A stretch of 64,000 nt of DNA, taken from positions 1,292,580 through 1,356,579 of the forward strand of contig CAVUUW010000005.1 of assembly GCA_963744895.1 (NCBI GenBank). Reading direction: 5' to 3'. The translations under genes and the position numbers were made by a program. Within the stretch, counting starts at the first letter, position 1, and every line of letters starts with the position of its first letter. Positions 22,443 through 33,246 of the stretch are shown piece after piece. The notes below the pieces were generated by a model. The model was not told the DNA's origin, ran no database searches, and was given only the letters and a program-made list of their open reading frames with translations. This DNA comes from an uncultured Gammaproteobacteria bacterium. Its GTDB lineage: Bacteria; Pseudomonadota; Gammaproteobacteria; Pseudomonadales; Moraxellaceae.

Positions 22443-23813
22443 ATGAGCTACTTTGGCACCGATGGTATCCGTGGAAAATTTGGTGAGTTGCCGATCACGC
22501 CTGATTTTATTCTAAAATTGGGTTATGTGGCTGGACAGGTATTAATGGAAAATAACGACAATCCATCGCGTAAGCCAAGCGTGGTTATTGGCAAAGATAC
22601 TCGTCTTTCAGGTTATGTCATTGAAGGCGCATTGCAAGCAGGCTTTAATGCCGCTGGTGTCGATGTTCACTTGCTTGGCCCACTACCAACGCCTGCTATC
22701 GCACATCTGACGCGCAGTTTCAATGCTGACGCTGGCGTCGTCATCTCAGCATCGCACAACCCATATTATGACAATGGCATCAAGTTCTTCTCAGCTGATG
22801 GTAAAAAGCTCACCGATGAAATGCAAACCGCTATTAACGACAAATTAAATGCCGTCATGACTCAATCAGACACTGGCAATGCTGTTATTATGCCGATTCT
22901 TGATCCTGCAAACTTAGGCAAAAACAATCGAATTAATGATGCAAAAGGTCGTTATATAGAATTCTGTAAAGGCAGTTTCCCTTACCAATACGATTTAAGT
23001 CATCTGACCATTGTTGTCGACTGTGCGAATGGTGCAGGTTATAGCGTTGCTCCTAGGGTCATGCGTGAGCTTGGCGCCAATGTGATAGCGATTAATAATA
23101 CGCCTGATGGCATCAATATCAACGATGACTGTGGCTCGACCCATCCTGAAGGTTTACAGAAGGCTGTACTTGAGCACGAAGCAGATGTGGGTATTGCTTT
23201 GGACGGTGACGGTGACCGTATCGTGATGGTTGACGAAAGTGGCAAGCTGGTCGATGGTGACGGTATCTTATATTTACTTGCGACTCAAAGTCATACCAAA
23301 GCTAAAGGTGTGGTGGGCACGCTTATGAGTAATATGGGGTTAGAGCTGGCATTGAAAGAGGCCGGTATTGAATTTACTCGTGCCAAAGTAGGTGACCGTT
23401 ATGTGATGCAAGCGCTTGAAGCCAATGGCTGGATATTGGGCGGAGAGCCTTCCGGACATATTTTGTGTCTAGACAAGAGCCGTACGGGTGATGCTATTAT
23501 AGCGAGTTTGCAGGTATTGGCAGTGATGCAAGCTCAAGGACGTGCGCTCAGTGTGCTCGTCGAAGGCTTTGATGTGTTACCACAAAAGCTGGTCAATGTA
23601 CGTTTGCCTCAAATGAAAAACCCTTTCGACTACGAAGAACTGGTCACCGCTTTTGATAAAGCACAAGCCACGTTAGAAGGACGTGGTCGTTTGCTCATTC
23701 GTCAATCAGGTACAGAGCCGATGATACGAGTGATGGTTGAGTCTGATGATGAAATAGAATGTGATGTCATGGCCAATGAGTTGGGCGATCATATCAAAGC
23801 CGTCTTGAGCTAA
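22443..23813 (+). CDS. glmM: Phosphoglucosamine mutase
   Basis: YFGTDGIRG, catalytic [14 protein letters not shown] and GGEPSGH motifs. Confidence 0.96.
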   Translation: MSYFGTDGIRGKFGELPITPDFILKLGYVAGQVLMENNDNPSRKPSVVIGKDTRLSGYVIEGALQAGFNAAGVDVHLLGPLPTPAIAHLTRSFNADAGVVISASHNPYYDNGIKFFSADGKKLTDEMQTAINDKLNAVMTQSDTGNAVIMPILDPANLGKNNRINDAKGRYIEFCKGSFPYQYDLSHLTIVVDCANGAGYSVAPRVMRELGANVIAINNTPDGININDDCGSTHPEGLQKAVLEHEADVGIALDGDGDRIVMVDESGKLVDGDGILYLLATQSHTKAKGVVGTLMSNMGLELALKEAGIEFTRAKVGDRYVMQALEANGWILGGEPSGHILCLDKSRTGDAIIASLQVLAVMQAQGRALSVLVEGFDVLPQKLVNVRLPQMKNPFDYEELVTAFDKAQATLEGRGRLLIRQSGTEPMIRVMVESDDEIECDVMANELGDHIKAVLS

Positions 23814-23872
23814 TAGTCACTGCAATGGTTAGAACGGTTAGATCATGAATCAAATCAAAATGAGGAAACACC

Positions 23873-24538
23873 ATGAGTATGGACTTTACCGATCAACGTC
23901 TCTCTTACGAAAAAGGCAAGCTTGACCAACAGTCAGTACCAGACTCGCCATTTGAGCTTTTAAAAGCTTGGATGGATGAGGCGATAGAGCAAAATGTTCA
24001 AGAGCCGTATGCCATGAGTCTTGCAACATGCGGTGCCGATCAAAAACCCAGCGTGCGCATTGTATTACTGCGTGAAGTAACAGATACTGGCATTGTGTTT
24101 TATACCAATTATGAAAGCGCAAAAGGTCAGGATATTGCAGAGAATCCAAACGCTGAAGCACTGTTCTTTTGGCACGAGCTTGAGCGTCAAGTTCGTATTA
24201 GCGGTAGTATTGCTAAAATTGATGCTAATAAATCCGCCGCTTACTTCCAAAAGCGTCCGTATGATAGCCAAGTGGGTGCGTGGGTAAGCCAGCCACAAAG
24301 TGGTGAAGTGGCTAACCGTGAGGTTATGGAAGAGGCCTTTGTCCAGTTACAAAAAGAGTATTCAGACAGTATGCCTGTACCAACGCCAGAATTTTGGGGT
24401 GGTTATGAGATTACTATTGAAGCAATTGAGTTTTGGCAAGGACGTTCCAATCGTATGCATGATCGCATCGTGTATGTACAAGATAATGTTGCCGATGCAA
24501 ACTCATCGAGTTGGACGACAAAACGCTTACTCCCTTAG
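23873..24538 (+). CDS. pdxH: Pyridoxamine 5'-phosphate oxidase
   Basis: RIVLLR, FYTNYES.KG, RQVRISG and EFWQGRSNRMHDR motifs. Confidence 0.95.
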   Translation: MSMDFTDQRLSYEKGKLDQQSVPDSPFELLKAWMDEAIEQNVQEPYAMSLATCGADQKPSVRIVLLREVTDTGIVFYTNYESAKGQDIAENPNAEALFFWHELERQVRISGSIAKIDANKSAAYFQKRPYDSQVGAWVSQPQSGEVANREVMEEAFVQLQKEYSDSMPVPTPEFWGGYEITIEAIEFWQGRSNRMHDRIVYVQDNVADANSSSWTTKRLLP

Positions 24539-24569
24539 TTTATAATAGTAAGGACGTTTTACAGACGTT

Positions 24570-24619
24570 AAAAAAGCCATTCTACATACTTAGCTCAGTA
24601 GGTTTGGAATGGCTTTTTT
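24570..24619. terminator. Bidirectional terminator between pdxH and the HlyD gene
   Basis: AAAAAAGCCATTC...GAATGGCTTTTTT. Confidence 0.8.
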
Positions 24620-24639
24620 GTGCCCTTTTTTATTTTAAC

Positions 24640-25905
24640 CTAGTTGTTTTTCTTAACGTCAGTATCGATATCTACTGAGACCGACATACCGGGACGTAAT
24701 CGTGCAAGCTCAGGCTGATTTTGGTCCAAATCAATACGTACAGGAACTCGTTGAGCGATTTTAATATAGTTCCCTGTGGCAGGATTGGCAGCGCCAGCAC
24801 TAAATTCACTACCAGTTGCTGGTGATATACTGCTGACGTGACCCGTAAATTCAGTACCGCCAAGCGCATCTACATTGATGGTTGCAGGCTCACCAATTGC
24901 CATATTCGCTATTTGAGTTTCTTTAAAGTTGGCAATAATCCAGACACCTTTTGGCACGATGTACATAAGCTGGGTACCCGCACTCACGTATTGACCTTCT
25001 TTGACACTGACTTGACTGAGCTGACCAGATTCGGGCGCAGTAATGATGGTATTATCCAAATTAATTTGTGCTTGCTTGACACCTGCTTCCGCATTTTTGA
25101 TGTTGGCATCTAAAGAAGATCGGCTACCACTGGTTTTTTTACGGTTTTCACGTGCAGCTTGTAAGTTGGCCTCAGCTTGTTGAACACCTGCCTGTGCCTG
25201 TGCTAGCTGCGCCCTAATATGAGCAACTTCCGCTTTCGATACCGCACCAATCGCATCCAATCCTTGATACCGGTTTAAGTCTTCACGAGCACTATCAACA
25301 TTGATCTTGGCACTATACAAATCTGCCTCACGTGCCTCAATTTGCGCTTGACTGGTTTGCGTGTCTTGAGTGTTGCTGGAACGATTGGTAAGGGCTACTT
25401 CTGTGTCAGCTCGCGCTTGATCAAGTTGCTGCTGGAACGTACGATCGTCTATTTTTACCAGCAGCTCGCCCGCTTTGACATTGGCAAAATCTTGCACTGC
25501 CACTTCAGTCACGTAACCTGAAACCTGCGGACTAATAATGGTCGTTTGACCTTTGACAAAAGCATTATTGGTTTGTTGTATCGTGGGTGTAAAAGGAGGT
25601 AATTTCCATGCGTACAAAACCAATGCCACACCGATGAAGATTAATAAAATCAACAACCCCAAGTTTAAATAGGACTTCTTTTTGGGAGACCAACCAGTTG
25701 AGTCAGGAATAGGCTCTTTTGGTGGCATAGGTGTCTCATTACTGTCTTTTGCATCATTATCGACATGTGTTTCTTTTGGAGCAGAATCAGGAGTCGTCTG
25801 AGTGGAGCTAGTTTCAGTCTCTGCTTTTGTGCTTGTTGCTGGAGCTGGAGCGTCTGTTGATGTCTGAGGTTTTTGCGTAAGCTCATTGGGATTTTCTTGA
25901 CTCAT
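24640..25905 (-). CDS. HlyD/EmrA-family efflux membrane fusion protein
   Basis: One N-terminal TM, ISPQVSGYV, coiled-coil hairpin, ANFKETQ and KIAQRVPVRI; low-complexity cytoplasmic N-terminus. Confidence 0.92.
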   Translation of the reverse strand: MSQENPNELTQKPQTSTDAPAPATSTKAETETSSTQTTPDSAPKETHVDNDAKDSNETPMPPKEPIPDSTGWSPKKKSYLNLGLLILLIFIGVALVLYAWKLPPFTPTIQQTNNAFVKGQTTIISPQVSGYVTEVAVQDFANVKAGELLVKIDDRTFQQQLDQARADTEVALTNRSSNTQDTQTSQAQIEAREADLYSAKINVDSAREDLNRYQGLDAIGAVSKAEVAHIRAQLAQAQAGVQQAEANLQAARENRKKTSGSRSSLDANIKNAEAGVKQAQINLDNTIITAPESGQLSQVSVKEGQYVSAGTQLMYIVPKGVWIIANFKETQIANMAIGEPATINVDALGGTEFTGHVSSISPATGSEFSAGAANPATGNYIKIAQRVPVRIDLDQNQPELARLRPGMSVSVDIDTDVKKNN

Positions 25906-25972
25906 GACGCGCTCCTAATTGTATTGGACATAGGTTTGAGTGTTTTTGTGATAAATAAGTGGAGAGGATAAA

Positions 25973-27661
25973 TCATTTGTTTTCACGCATTTTAGCAATG
26001 ACTTCGAGCTCTTTGGCGAGCGGATTACGTTTATGATAACGATAGTAAAAGTAATTCATCAATAAAATAACCGTTGCGACAGTCGCCATGCTAGCCATGA
26101 CAAAGAATAAATCGCTATACGCCGCCACGGTCGCTTGCCGCTGGATACCTTGAATGACCTGACTCATGGCAGCAACGTTCGCTTGGGTAGAGTCTGTTAT
26201 TTGACTCGATAAAGCACTACGTGCGCCTGCAACCTGTGCGACCAATTCAGGATCGCCTAAGTTGAGCGAGTTGACCATATCAGTATAGTGCATCTTTGTG
26301 CGAATAGTGGTAAAGGCCTGAATAGCCGCCGCACCCGCGAGTCCGCCAACCGTTTGAGAGATACCAAAAATCACGGAAAAACTAATAATATAGGCAGGGC
26401 CACTGGCAATCGCTCGTAAAAATCCTTCAAAAACCAGCGGTCCCATAAAGTATATCGCCGCAAAGGCAATCAAAAACTGGCTAAGATAAAACATATAAGG
26501 TGCTGAATTAATCGATACCCCAGTGTCCATCCAAGCACCGACAGCAATCAACGCCATTGCAAAAATAACGGGACGGCGCAATTCCGTCGCAGCAGTACTA
26601 AAAATACTAATAACCAATGCTAAGATACTGGCGGCCAGAATGACCGCATAAAAAGTAATCAGCTGATCGTTACCGTAGCCCAGACTAGCAAGTAATCCTG
26701 CAGCGCCGACATTTTGCTCGGACAATAGAATACGCATGACAGCACCAGTGATCATAAACGCAATAATGTTGCGGCTACGCATCCAGCGAACTTGTAACAT
26801 AGGATTTTTACGATGCGTTTCAATCCATAGTGCGATGCTAATATTGACAGCAGCAATGATGAGTGCATAGCTTAGCCAAGGCGTGGTCCACCATTGAATG
26901 CGGCCCTGTACCAAGAACACCGCCAATGCAGCAAGACCACTGGCAAAAAAAGCAAAACTTAAAAAATCCAGTTTTTCAAAGACTTTTTCAGTATTACCGG
27001 GCGGTAGCTCTAGGATATTAATGAGACCAAAGCAAATTAGCGCCAAACCAAATTGGAATAAAAATAAGTTTTCAATTTGACCGTCGATGGCGAGGTAGGG
27101 CGAGATAATGCGAGATAATGGAATGCCAAACTGCACTAAGCCAAACCCCAGTATCAAGCCACTAGTCCTTTTGACGGTTGGCATCCCTTGCAGACAATAG
27201 AATAAGCCAAGTATGGTCATGCCACTAGCAACCATCCCACTGAGCCCTCTAGCAATGATTTCTAGATAATACGCATCAATCTGGATATTGGTTGCGTCCA
27301 ACAAATGGCTACTGACCAACCACTGTAGACTCGTAGCAGCCAGTAAAAAAGACAGCGTAATCTTGCTAAACAGTGACATGCCAAATTGCTGGCGAATTTT
27401 GTATAAAAGTACCGTAATACAAGCATTGGTCATATTGTAGCTGACAGATATCCAACCGCCTTCGACGGGCGTAAGTCCCATCTCACCTTGAATTTGAGTC
27501 AAATTGGCGACCAGCAAACCGTTTTGAAAGCTGGCAGTAACGCCAATAATAATCCCAATAATTAGGTAGAAGAACTTACGACGTGCAGGATGGTCAGGAT
27601 TGGCTGGGGAGCCCACCATCAGCGGCTGTTCATGGGGTTTAAATTGATATTCGTTATTCAT
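25973..27661 (-). CDS. MFS efflux transporter (EmrB/DHA2-like), partner of the adjacent HlyD protein
   Basis: 562 aa with many hydrophobic helices, directly upstream of an EmrA-like gene. Confidence 0.85.
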   Translation of the reverse strand: MNNEYQFKPHEQPLMVGSPANPDHPARRKFFYLIIGIIIGVTASFQNGLLVANLTQIQGEMGLTPVEGGWISVSYNMTNACITVLLYKIRQQFGMSLFSKITLSFLLAATSLQWLVSSHLLDATNIQIDAYYLEIIARGLSGMVASGMTILGLFYCLQGMPTVKRTSGLILGFGLVQFGIPLSRIISPYLAIDGQIENLFLFQFGLALICFGLINILELPPGNTEKVFEKLDFLSFAFFASGLAALAVFLVQGRIQWWTTPWLSYALIIAAVNISIALWIETHRKNPMLQVRWMRSRNIIAFMITGAVMRILLSEQNVGAAGLLASLGYGNDQLITFYAVILAASILALVISIFSTAATELRRPVIFAMALIAVGAWMDTGVSINSAPYMFYLSQFLIAFAAIYFMGPLVFEGFLRAIASGPAYIISFSVIFGISQTVGGLAGAAAIQAFTTIRTKMHYTDMVNSLNLGDPELVAQVAGARSALSSQITDSTQANVAAMSQVIQGIQRQATVAAYSDLFFVMASMATVATVILLMNYFYYRYHKRNPLAKELEVIAKMRENK

Positions 27662-28034
27662 GAGCGTACGATAATTTTTATAAGGAAGTAGATGACACGG
27701 GTAGGGCAGCGCCTAGATAAAAACCGTACCTTTTGGACAGGTACTAATTAATGTAAACATTATTAAAATAAAGAAAAGGCAAAAAAATAACTTAAAAATA
27801 ATGGGCAGAATTTTATCATAATTTTTAGTAAGCTTTTGTCACATACACGTAAGTCATTACTTATACTAGCGCATGTCTTCGGTATGAACGAAAGTAACCA
27901 AATAGATTAAAAATGACTAAACGTTATCAAATGGCGACAAGTAACGGGGCAATAGCCCAATAGCATTTGAACGCTTTTGTTTAACAGCGCTCTATCTTAA
28001 TCAATAGATTGTTTAATAAGGCAAATAATACAAT

Positions 28035-28064
28035 AAAAAAACAGCTCTAATGCGAGCTGTTTTT
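28035..28064. terminator. Intrinsic terminator downstream of GST
   Basis: AAAAAAACAGCTC-TAATGC-GAGCTGTTTTT. Confidence 0.75.
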
Positions 28065-28102
28065 GTCTCTCTAATAATTAGACGTTTAGTTGATACTTTG
28101 TA

Positions 28103-28732
28103 CTAAACGGTTGTGTCGTACTTTGCCTCTAACTGCATAGCGCGCTGATGACTATCAAGGCTGGCTAATGCTTCAGCATATTTTCTGATGTTCGGATAAG
28201 CCTCAAGCTTTTGACGCTTGGCCAAAATGATCAAATCAAATGAGAGCATAAAATCTGCCCCGCTCAGCTTATCACCGACAATGAACGATTTGCCCTCAAC
28301 GGCTGCATCCAAATACTTAAACAATCTGGTTTTTTCTGTTTCAATGTAGCCATTCAAGAACTCATTGTCATTGACACCAGCTTTTTTGGTAAATAGCTCC
28401 AGCATTAATGGCAACATCAGGGAGCTTTCTGCAAAGTCATTCCACTGTAGATAATAGCCGTAATCTGAGCTGTCCGTCGCTGGGCGCAAACGCTCTGGGG
28501 CAAATCGTTCAATCAGTAGCTCAGTAATAGCACCTGACTCAGCATAGATCTCTCCATCGATCTCGATAACCGGAGATTTACCAAGTGGATGTACTGCTTT
28601 TAATGAATCTGGTGCTAAATGCGTCTTAGCATCACGCTGATGACTGACGACCTCATAAGGCACGTTCAGCTCTTCTAAAAGCCATAAAATGCGTAACGAG
28701 CGTGATTGATTAAGATGATGTAAGCGAATCAT
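28103..28732 (-). CDS. Glutathione S-transferase family protein
   Basis: MIRLHHLNQSRS, HPLGKSPVI, ESGAI and GDKLSGADF. Start moved to ATG 28732 (AAGG RBS). Confidence 0.92.
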   Translation of the reverse strand: MIRLHHLNQSRSLRILWLLEELNVPYEVVSHQRDAKTHLAPDSLKAVHPLGKSPVIEIDGEIYAESGAITELLIERFAPERLRPATDSSDYGYYLQWNDFAESSLMLPLMLELFTKKAGVNDNEFLNGYIETEKTRLFKYLDAAVEGKSFIVGDKLSGADFMLSFDLIILAKRQKLEAYPNIRKYAEALASLDSHQRAMQLEAKYDTTV

Positions 28733-28776
28733 AATATCGACCTTTTTACGTGATTGTTTTATAACCAGTTTAAAAT

Positions 28777-28810
28777 AAAACCGATACCTCAGTAGCATGG
28801 TATCGGTTTT
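28777..28810 (-). terminator. Hairpin between the DJ-1/PfpI gene and GST (probable terminator)
   Basis: AAAACCGATACC-loop-GGTATCGGTTTT. Confidence 0.6.
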
Positions 28811-28827
28811 ACAGTAAATCGACTATA

Positions 28828-29505
28828 TTAACCTTTGAGCTTGGTGATGAGACGCTTAGCAGCTTCTTCTGATGATGCTGGATTTTGACCGGTGATCAAC
28901 AAACCGTCTTCGACGACAAATGATTCCCAATCAGCGGCTTTTTCATAGTTACCGCCATTAGCTTTTAGAGCGTCTTCGACCAAGAATGGTACGACGTCTG
29001 TTAGGCCAACTGCCTCTTCTTCTGAATTGGTAAAGCCAGTCACTGTTTTGCCTTTTACTAAATACTCACCATCAACTTTGACATTTTTAAGCGCAGCAGG
29101 AGAGTGACAAACGAAGGCAACAGGCTTGTCTTGTTTGACAAACGTCTCAATCAAATTGATAGAGTTTTTGTCCACTGCCAAGTCCCATAATGGGCCATGA
29201 CCACCTGGATAAAAGACTGAGTCAAAATCATCGGCTTTCATATCAGCAAGTTTTTTGGTATTGGCCAAATGCTCTTGGGCATCTTTATCATCTTTGAAGC
29301 GCTTGGTATCTTTGGTTTGCGTGTCTTCAGTATCGCTACCAGGATCTAGTGGTGGTTGGCCACCAGCAGGAGAAGCAAGTGTTACGTTAACACCCGCATC
29401 AAGGAAAGCGTAGTAAGGTGCTGCAAATTCTTCTAGCCAAAAACCAGTTTTTTTACCAGTATCGCCTAGACGGTCATGTGAAGTTAGTACCATTAAAATA
29501 TTCAT
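28828..29505 (-). CDS. DJ-1/PfpI (type 1 glutamine amidotransferase-like) protein, Hsp31/glyoxalase III-like
   Basis: TGFWLEE, FYPGGHGP and the VCHSP nucleophile elbow; LITGQNPAS. Confidence 0.9.
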   Translation of the reverse strand: MNILMVLTSHDRLGDTGKKTGFWLEEFAAPYYAFLDAGVNVTLASPAGGQPPLDPGSDTEDTQTKDTKRFKDDKDAQEHLANTKKLADMKADDFDSVFYPGGHGPLWDLAVDKNSINLIETFVKQDKPVAFVCHSPAALKNVKVDGEYLVKGKTVTGFTNSEEEAVGLTDVVPFLVEDALKANGGNYEKAADWESFVVEDGLLITGQNPASSEEAAKRLITKLKG

Positions 29506-29776
29506 AATTGTCCTTATTTATTGTTTATTTATGCGTAAAGCGAGTGATTAATAATCATGCTTGTCAAATAGTACCAGTATTACTTCTGGTCAAAAAATTA
29601 CTACTATTTGAATAACGAAGCTCTATTGGTAAAAGCCATATTGATACCAATGGTGACTGCTAAGATTATTGCTGCTTTAACTATCATTTTCAGTAGTGAT
29701 CTTAGCGAGTTATGTTGTTAAGTAGTTATTTATAGCAAATGTGAACTGTTATTGATTAATTAATGCCAGCGACTAA

Positions 29777-30826
29777 TTACTTAATGTCAGCAACTTTAAC
29801 CACAGTTTTGCCAAAGTTTTCGCCGTTTAGCATACGAACGAAAGCATCGGGTGCATTGTCTAAGCCTTCAGCAATATGTTCTTTAGTTTTAACATCGCCT
29901 GACTCGACCCATTTGCTCATAGTGTCTAAGAATTCAGGGTAGTGATCGCCATACTCTTCAAAGATAATAAACCCTTTGATGGTAAGGCGGCGGCTTAAGA
30001 TAAGTCCGGTCAATACGCTCAAACGATCTTTACCTTCAGGCAGTTCGGTCGCATTGTACTGGGCAACAAGGCCACAGACAGGAATGCGAGCATGCGCATT
30101 TAATAAAGGCATGACCGCATCAAACACATGACCACCGACGTTTTCGTAATAGATATCGATACCGTCTGGGCAGGCTGCTTTTAATTGTTCGGCAAAGTCA
30201 TCGGCTTTATGATCGATACAGACATCAAAACCAAGCTCATTGACGGCGAACTCACATTTATCAGCACCACCTGCGACACCTACCGTACGTGTGCCATATT
30301 GTTTACCGACCTGTCCGACAGTAGCGCCGACTGGGCCAGTAGCCGCAGCAACGACCAAGGTTTCCCCTTTTTTTGGCTTACCGATATCGGTCAAACCCAT
30401 ATAACCTGTAAAGCCTGGCATACCTAATACGCCAAGCCCATAAGACGGATTTTCCATGTCTTTATCAAGCTTTAGAACGCCTTCGCCATTACTGACGCTG
30501 TAGTCCTGCCAGCCTGAGTTTGCAACAACCAAATCACCAACAGCAAATTTATCAATGTTCGATTCAACGACTTGGGCAACCGTGCCGCCCATGATGACAT
30601 CACCCACTGCTAATGGGTCGGCGTAGCTTTTGGCATCGCTCATACGTCCACGCATGTATGGATCTAATGATAAATACACGGTACGCAGTAGCATCTCATT
30701 GTCTTTTGGCGATGGGATGTCGGTAGTAATCATGTCAAAGTTTTCAGCCTTGGGTTCACCGGTAGGGCGACTGGCAAGTTTGATTTGACGGTTTGTGTCT
30801 TGGTTTTGCTCTTTATCAAAACTCAT
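29777..30826 (-). CDS. NADP-dependent oxidoreductase (YncB/CurA, prostaglandin reductase-like MDR)
   Basis: LSLDPYMRGRM, GVLGMPGFTGY, AATGPVG, GIDIYYENVGG and GENFGK motifs. Confidence 0.92.
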   Translation of the reverse strand: MSFDKEQNQDTNRQIKLASRPTGEPKAENFDMITTDIPSPKDNEMLLRTVYLSLDPYMRGRMSDAKSYADPLAVGDVIMGGTVAQVVESNIDKFAVGDLVVANSGWQDYSVSNGEGVLKLDKDMENPSYGLGVLGMPGFTGYMGLTDIGKPKKGETLVVAAATGPVGATVGQVGKQYGTRTVGVAGGADKCEFAVNELGFDVCIDHKADDFAEQLKAACPDGIDIYYENVGGHVFDAVMPLLNAHARIPVCGLVAQYNATELPEGKDRLSVLTGLILSRRLTIKGFIIFEEYGDHYPEFLDTMSKWVESGDVKTKEHIAEGLDNAPDAFVRMLNGENFGKTVVKVADIK

Positions 30827-30948
30827 TATATTTTTCCTTTTTTTATTGGCCTAACTTTTATTTAACTAACGATAGTAACGACTCAACGTTGAGCAGTTAC
30901 TATCAATATCATAACTATATATGCTATTTATTACAGTGGCGTTTCTAA

Positions 30949-32160
30949 TTAAGACGCTTGACTCGTCACGGCACGTTGCAAAATACGGCGCGATACTTTT
31001 AGGTCATTTTCACCGTGTTCGCCCAGTTTTACCATGCTGTGTGCTTCAAGCTGTTTGACGATTGGGTCTATGGCTGATTCACTTAAGTCAACGTCTTCTA
31101 AGCTGACTGGTAAGCCAAGGTCGCGGAAGAAGTTTTCAGTATAGACAATGGCGGTCTCAATAACGGTATCGTCGTCTTGATCGGTAACGGTGATATTCCA
31201 AACATTACGTGCATACTGAAGCAGTTTTTCTTTTTTGCTTTCTTTGAGTTCACGCATCACAGATGGCAACACAATCGTCAAAGTACGAGCATGATCAATG
31301 CTGTGCAATGAGGTCAGTTCGTGACCAATCATATGGGTTGTCCAATCTTGCGGAACACCAGTACCGATTAGACCATTTAACGCCATGGTTGCGGTCCACA
31401 TAATGTTTTTACGAGTTTCTAAATTATCTGGATCTTGTTTAACGACTAACCCTTCATCGATTAAGATTTTGAGTAAGCTCTCAGCAAAAGCGTCTTGAAC
31501 CTTGGCGTTAACTGGATAGGTTAGGTATTGTTCCATCACATGAACAAAAGCATCAGCCACACCGTTCATGACTTGACGCTCAGGTAGCGTCAACGTTTTG
31601 ACTGGGTCTAAAATCGAAAATTTAGGGAAAGCAAGCGGATTGCCAAATGGTAGTTTTGCTTGGCGTTCACTATAGTTGATAACGCCGCCTGAATTCATCT
31701 CAGAGCCAGTCGCAGGAATGGTCAAAACAGCACCCAAATCGATGGCTGAATCCATGTCTTTACAATAGCTGATGAGAGCATCCCATGCCTTATCACGTGA
31801 AACCGTACCATCTTCTTCTGTCAAAGAAGAAACCAACGCGACAAATTTACTGCCATCAATCACTGAGCCACCACCAACTGCTAATAGGAAGTCAATGTTG
31901 TGCTCATTCACCATATCTGCTGCTTTCAATAGCGTCGTAAACTCTGGGTTGGCTTCGATACCACCAAACTCAAACACGGTACGCGAACCGTTTGATGACA
32001 ACGCTGCTTTTACCTCGTCTAATGTACCGGTACGCTGTGCTGAACCGCCGCCATAAGTAATCAGAACGCGAGCGTCAGTAGGTACTAAATCTGATAGTTG
32101 CTCAATTTGACCTTCACCAAAAACGATACGGACAGGATTGTAATATTGAAAATTATTCAT
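30949..32160 (-). CDS. Iron-containing alcohol/aldehyde reductase (YqhD/BDH-like)
   Basis: NPVRIVFGEG, GGGSVIDGSK, TIPATGSEMN, HMIGHELT and IDHARTL motifs. Confidence 0.92.
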   Translation of the reverse strand: MNNFQYYNPVRIVFGEGQIEQLSDLVPTDARVLITYGGGSAQRTGTLDEVKAALSSNGSRTVFEFGGIEANPEFTTLLKAADMVNEHNIDFLLAVGGGSVIDGSKFVALVSSLTEEDGTVSRDKAWDALISYCKDMDSAIDLGAVLTIPATGSEMNSGGVINYSERQAKLPFGNPLAFPKFSILDPVKTLTLPERQVMNGVADAFVHVMEQYLTYPVNAKVQDAFAESLLKILIDEGLVVKQDPDNLETRKNIMWTATMALNGLIGTGVPQDWTTHMIGHELTSLHSIDHARTLTIVLPSVMRELKESKKEKLLQYARNVWNITVTDQDDDTVIETAIVYTENFFRDLGLPVSLEDVDLSESAIDPIVKQLEAHSMVKLGEHGENDLKVSRRILQRAVTSQAS

Positions 32161-32281
32161 AAAATTCCTAAGCTTTGTGAGTTCGTTCTAAAATATATTG
32201 TTTGCAAAGAAGGGGATTCATCATTGAGTCAATTGACAGTTTTTAATCCACCTCTTTAAGCTGCAGACATTGTACATTAAT

Positions 32282-32296
32282 TAGACCGGTCGTCTA
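32282..32296. promoter_or_regulatory. NemR-type operator overlapping the putative -35 of the yqhD-like promoter
   Basis: TAGACCGGTCGTCTA (TAGACC-N4-GTCTA). Minus strand TAGACG-N16-TACAAT gives a -10 at 32274-32269. Confidence 0.75.
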
Positions 32297-32393
32297 GTGC
32301 TGTTTACAAAACTCTCCTACAACCGAAAACACCTCACTTAAGCATTACTTTATATAAGCATTATTTCATAGCCGTTGATGCGACTCGGTGATA

Positions 32394-32996
32394 TCACCGT
32401 CCCATTTGAGAAGTGGTCATTTGCCATACTTCTGCCAGTGGGGTATTGGTTTGGCTGGTCTTGGCAATCAAGCTGGCCCCAAGCCAAGCGAAGTACCAAC
32501 GTTTGGCCATGCTCTCAGCCGCTATATTATCAAGCCGCGGAACAGAGTTATCCGCCCAGCCGGCCTTGATTTGCTCAGCGAGCCAAGTAATGATTTGCTG
32601 ATAACCTGCATTCAAAGCAATACGCATCGGCTCTGACATATCTGCTACCTCAGCACTAAGCTTGACCACCAAGCATTTGCCATGATCGCAGCCATTTTGC
32701 TGAGTGTCATACCAACTTTGGAAATAGTTATAGAGCTTCTGCTGAGCATTGACATCTTGACGGTCAATATTATCTAAACGAGCTTTATAATCGATAAAGT
32801 AGGTGCTAATAATAGCTTCACCAAAGGCTTCTTTTGACGCAAAGTAATGATAGAACGAGCCCTTAGGAATACCCGCTGTGTCCAGTATCTGTTTGATACC
32901 CACACCCGTAAACCCTTTTTTGGCAATAAGCTGATAGCCCGTTTCCAATAGATGGGTTTTCGTATCTGGTGAAATAGGCGCTGAGTTAGCAGACAT
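32394..32996 (-). CDS. nemR: TetR-family regulator, NemR-like
   Basis: TetR HTH (GIPKGSFYHYFASKEAFG) and KCLVVKLSAEVADMSE, which resembles the Cys-containing C-terminal segment of E. coli NemR. AGGAG RBS. Confidence 0.75.
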   Translation of the reverse strand: MSANSAPISPDTKTHLLETGYQLIAKKGFTGVGIKQILDTAGIPKGSFYHYFASKEAFGEAIISTYFIDYKARLDNIDRQDVNAQQKLYNYFQSWYDTQQNGCDHGKCLVVKLSAEVADMSEPMRIALNAGYQQIITWLAEQIKAGWADNSVPRLDNIAAESMAKRWYFAWLGASLIAKTSQTNTPLAEVWQMTTSQMGR

Positions 32997-33183
32997 AATA
33001 GTCGTGTTCTCCTAATATGAAATAATAAGTGGTGTGAAGAGACCGTTGTCATAAGACAAAGTCTTTAGTACTACTGAATGATGATCTTTATCCATATTTA
33101 CAGACCGCATTCATCAATGTTACGTTTTTTCAACAAGACTCGATGACAAATTATTCTCTTTATTATAATGTCTATGTTAACAT

Positions 33184-33198
33184 TAGACCAGTCGTCTA
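33184..33198. promoter_or_regulatory. NemR-type operator in the divergent nemR / aldehyde dehydrogenase intergenic region
   Basis: TAGACCAGTCGTCTA, 14/15 identical to the 32282 site, next to TATAAT boxes on both strands at about 33162-33169. Confidence 0.75.
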
Positions 33199-33246
33199 GC
33201 AAATTGAGTTTTAACAGGTGTTTTTGAGTATCGACAGTGATGTATC

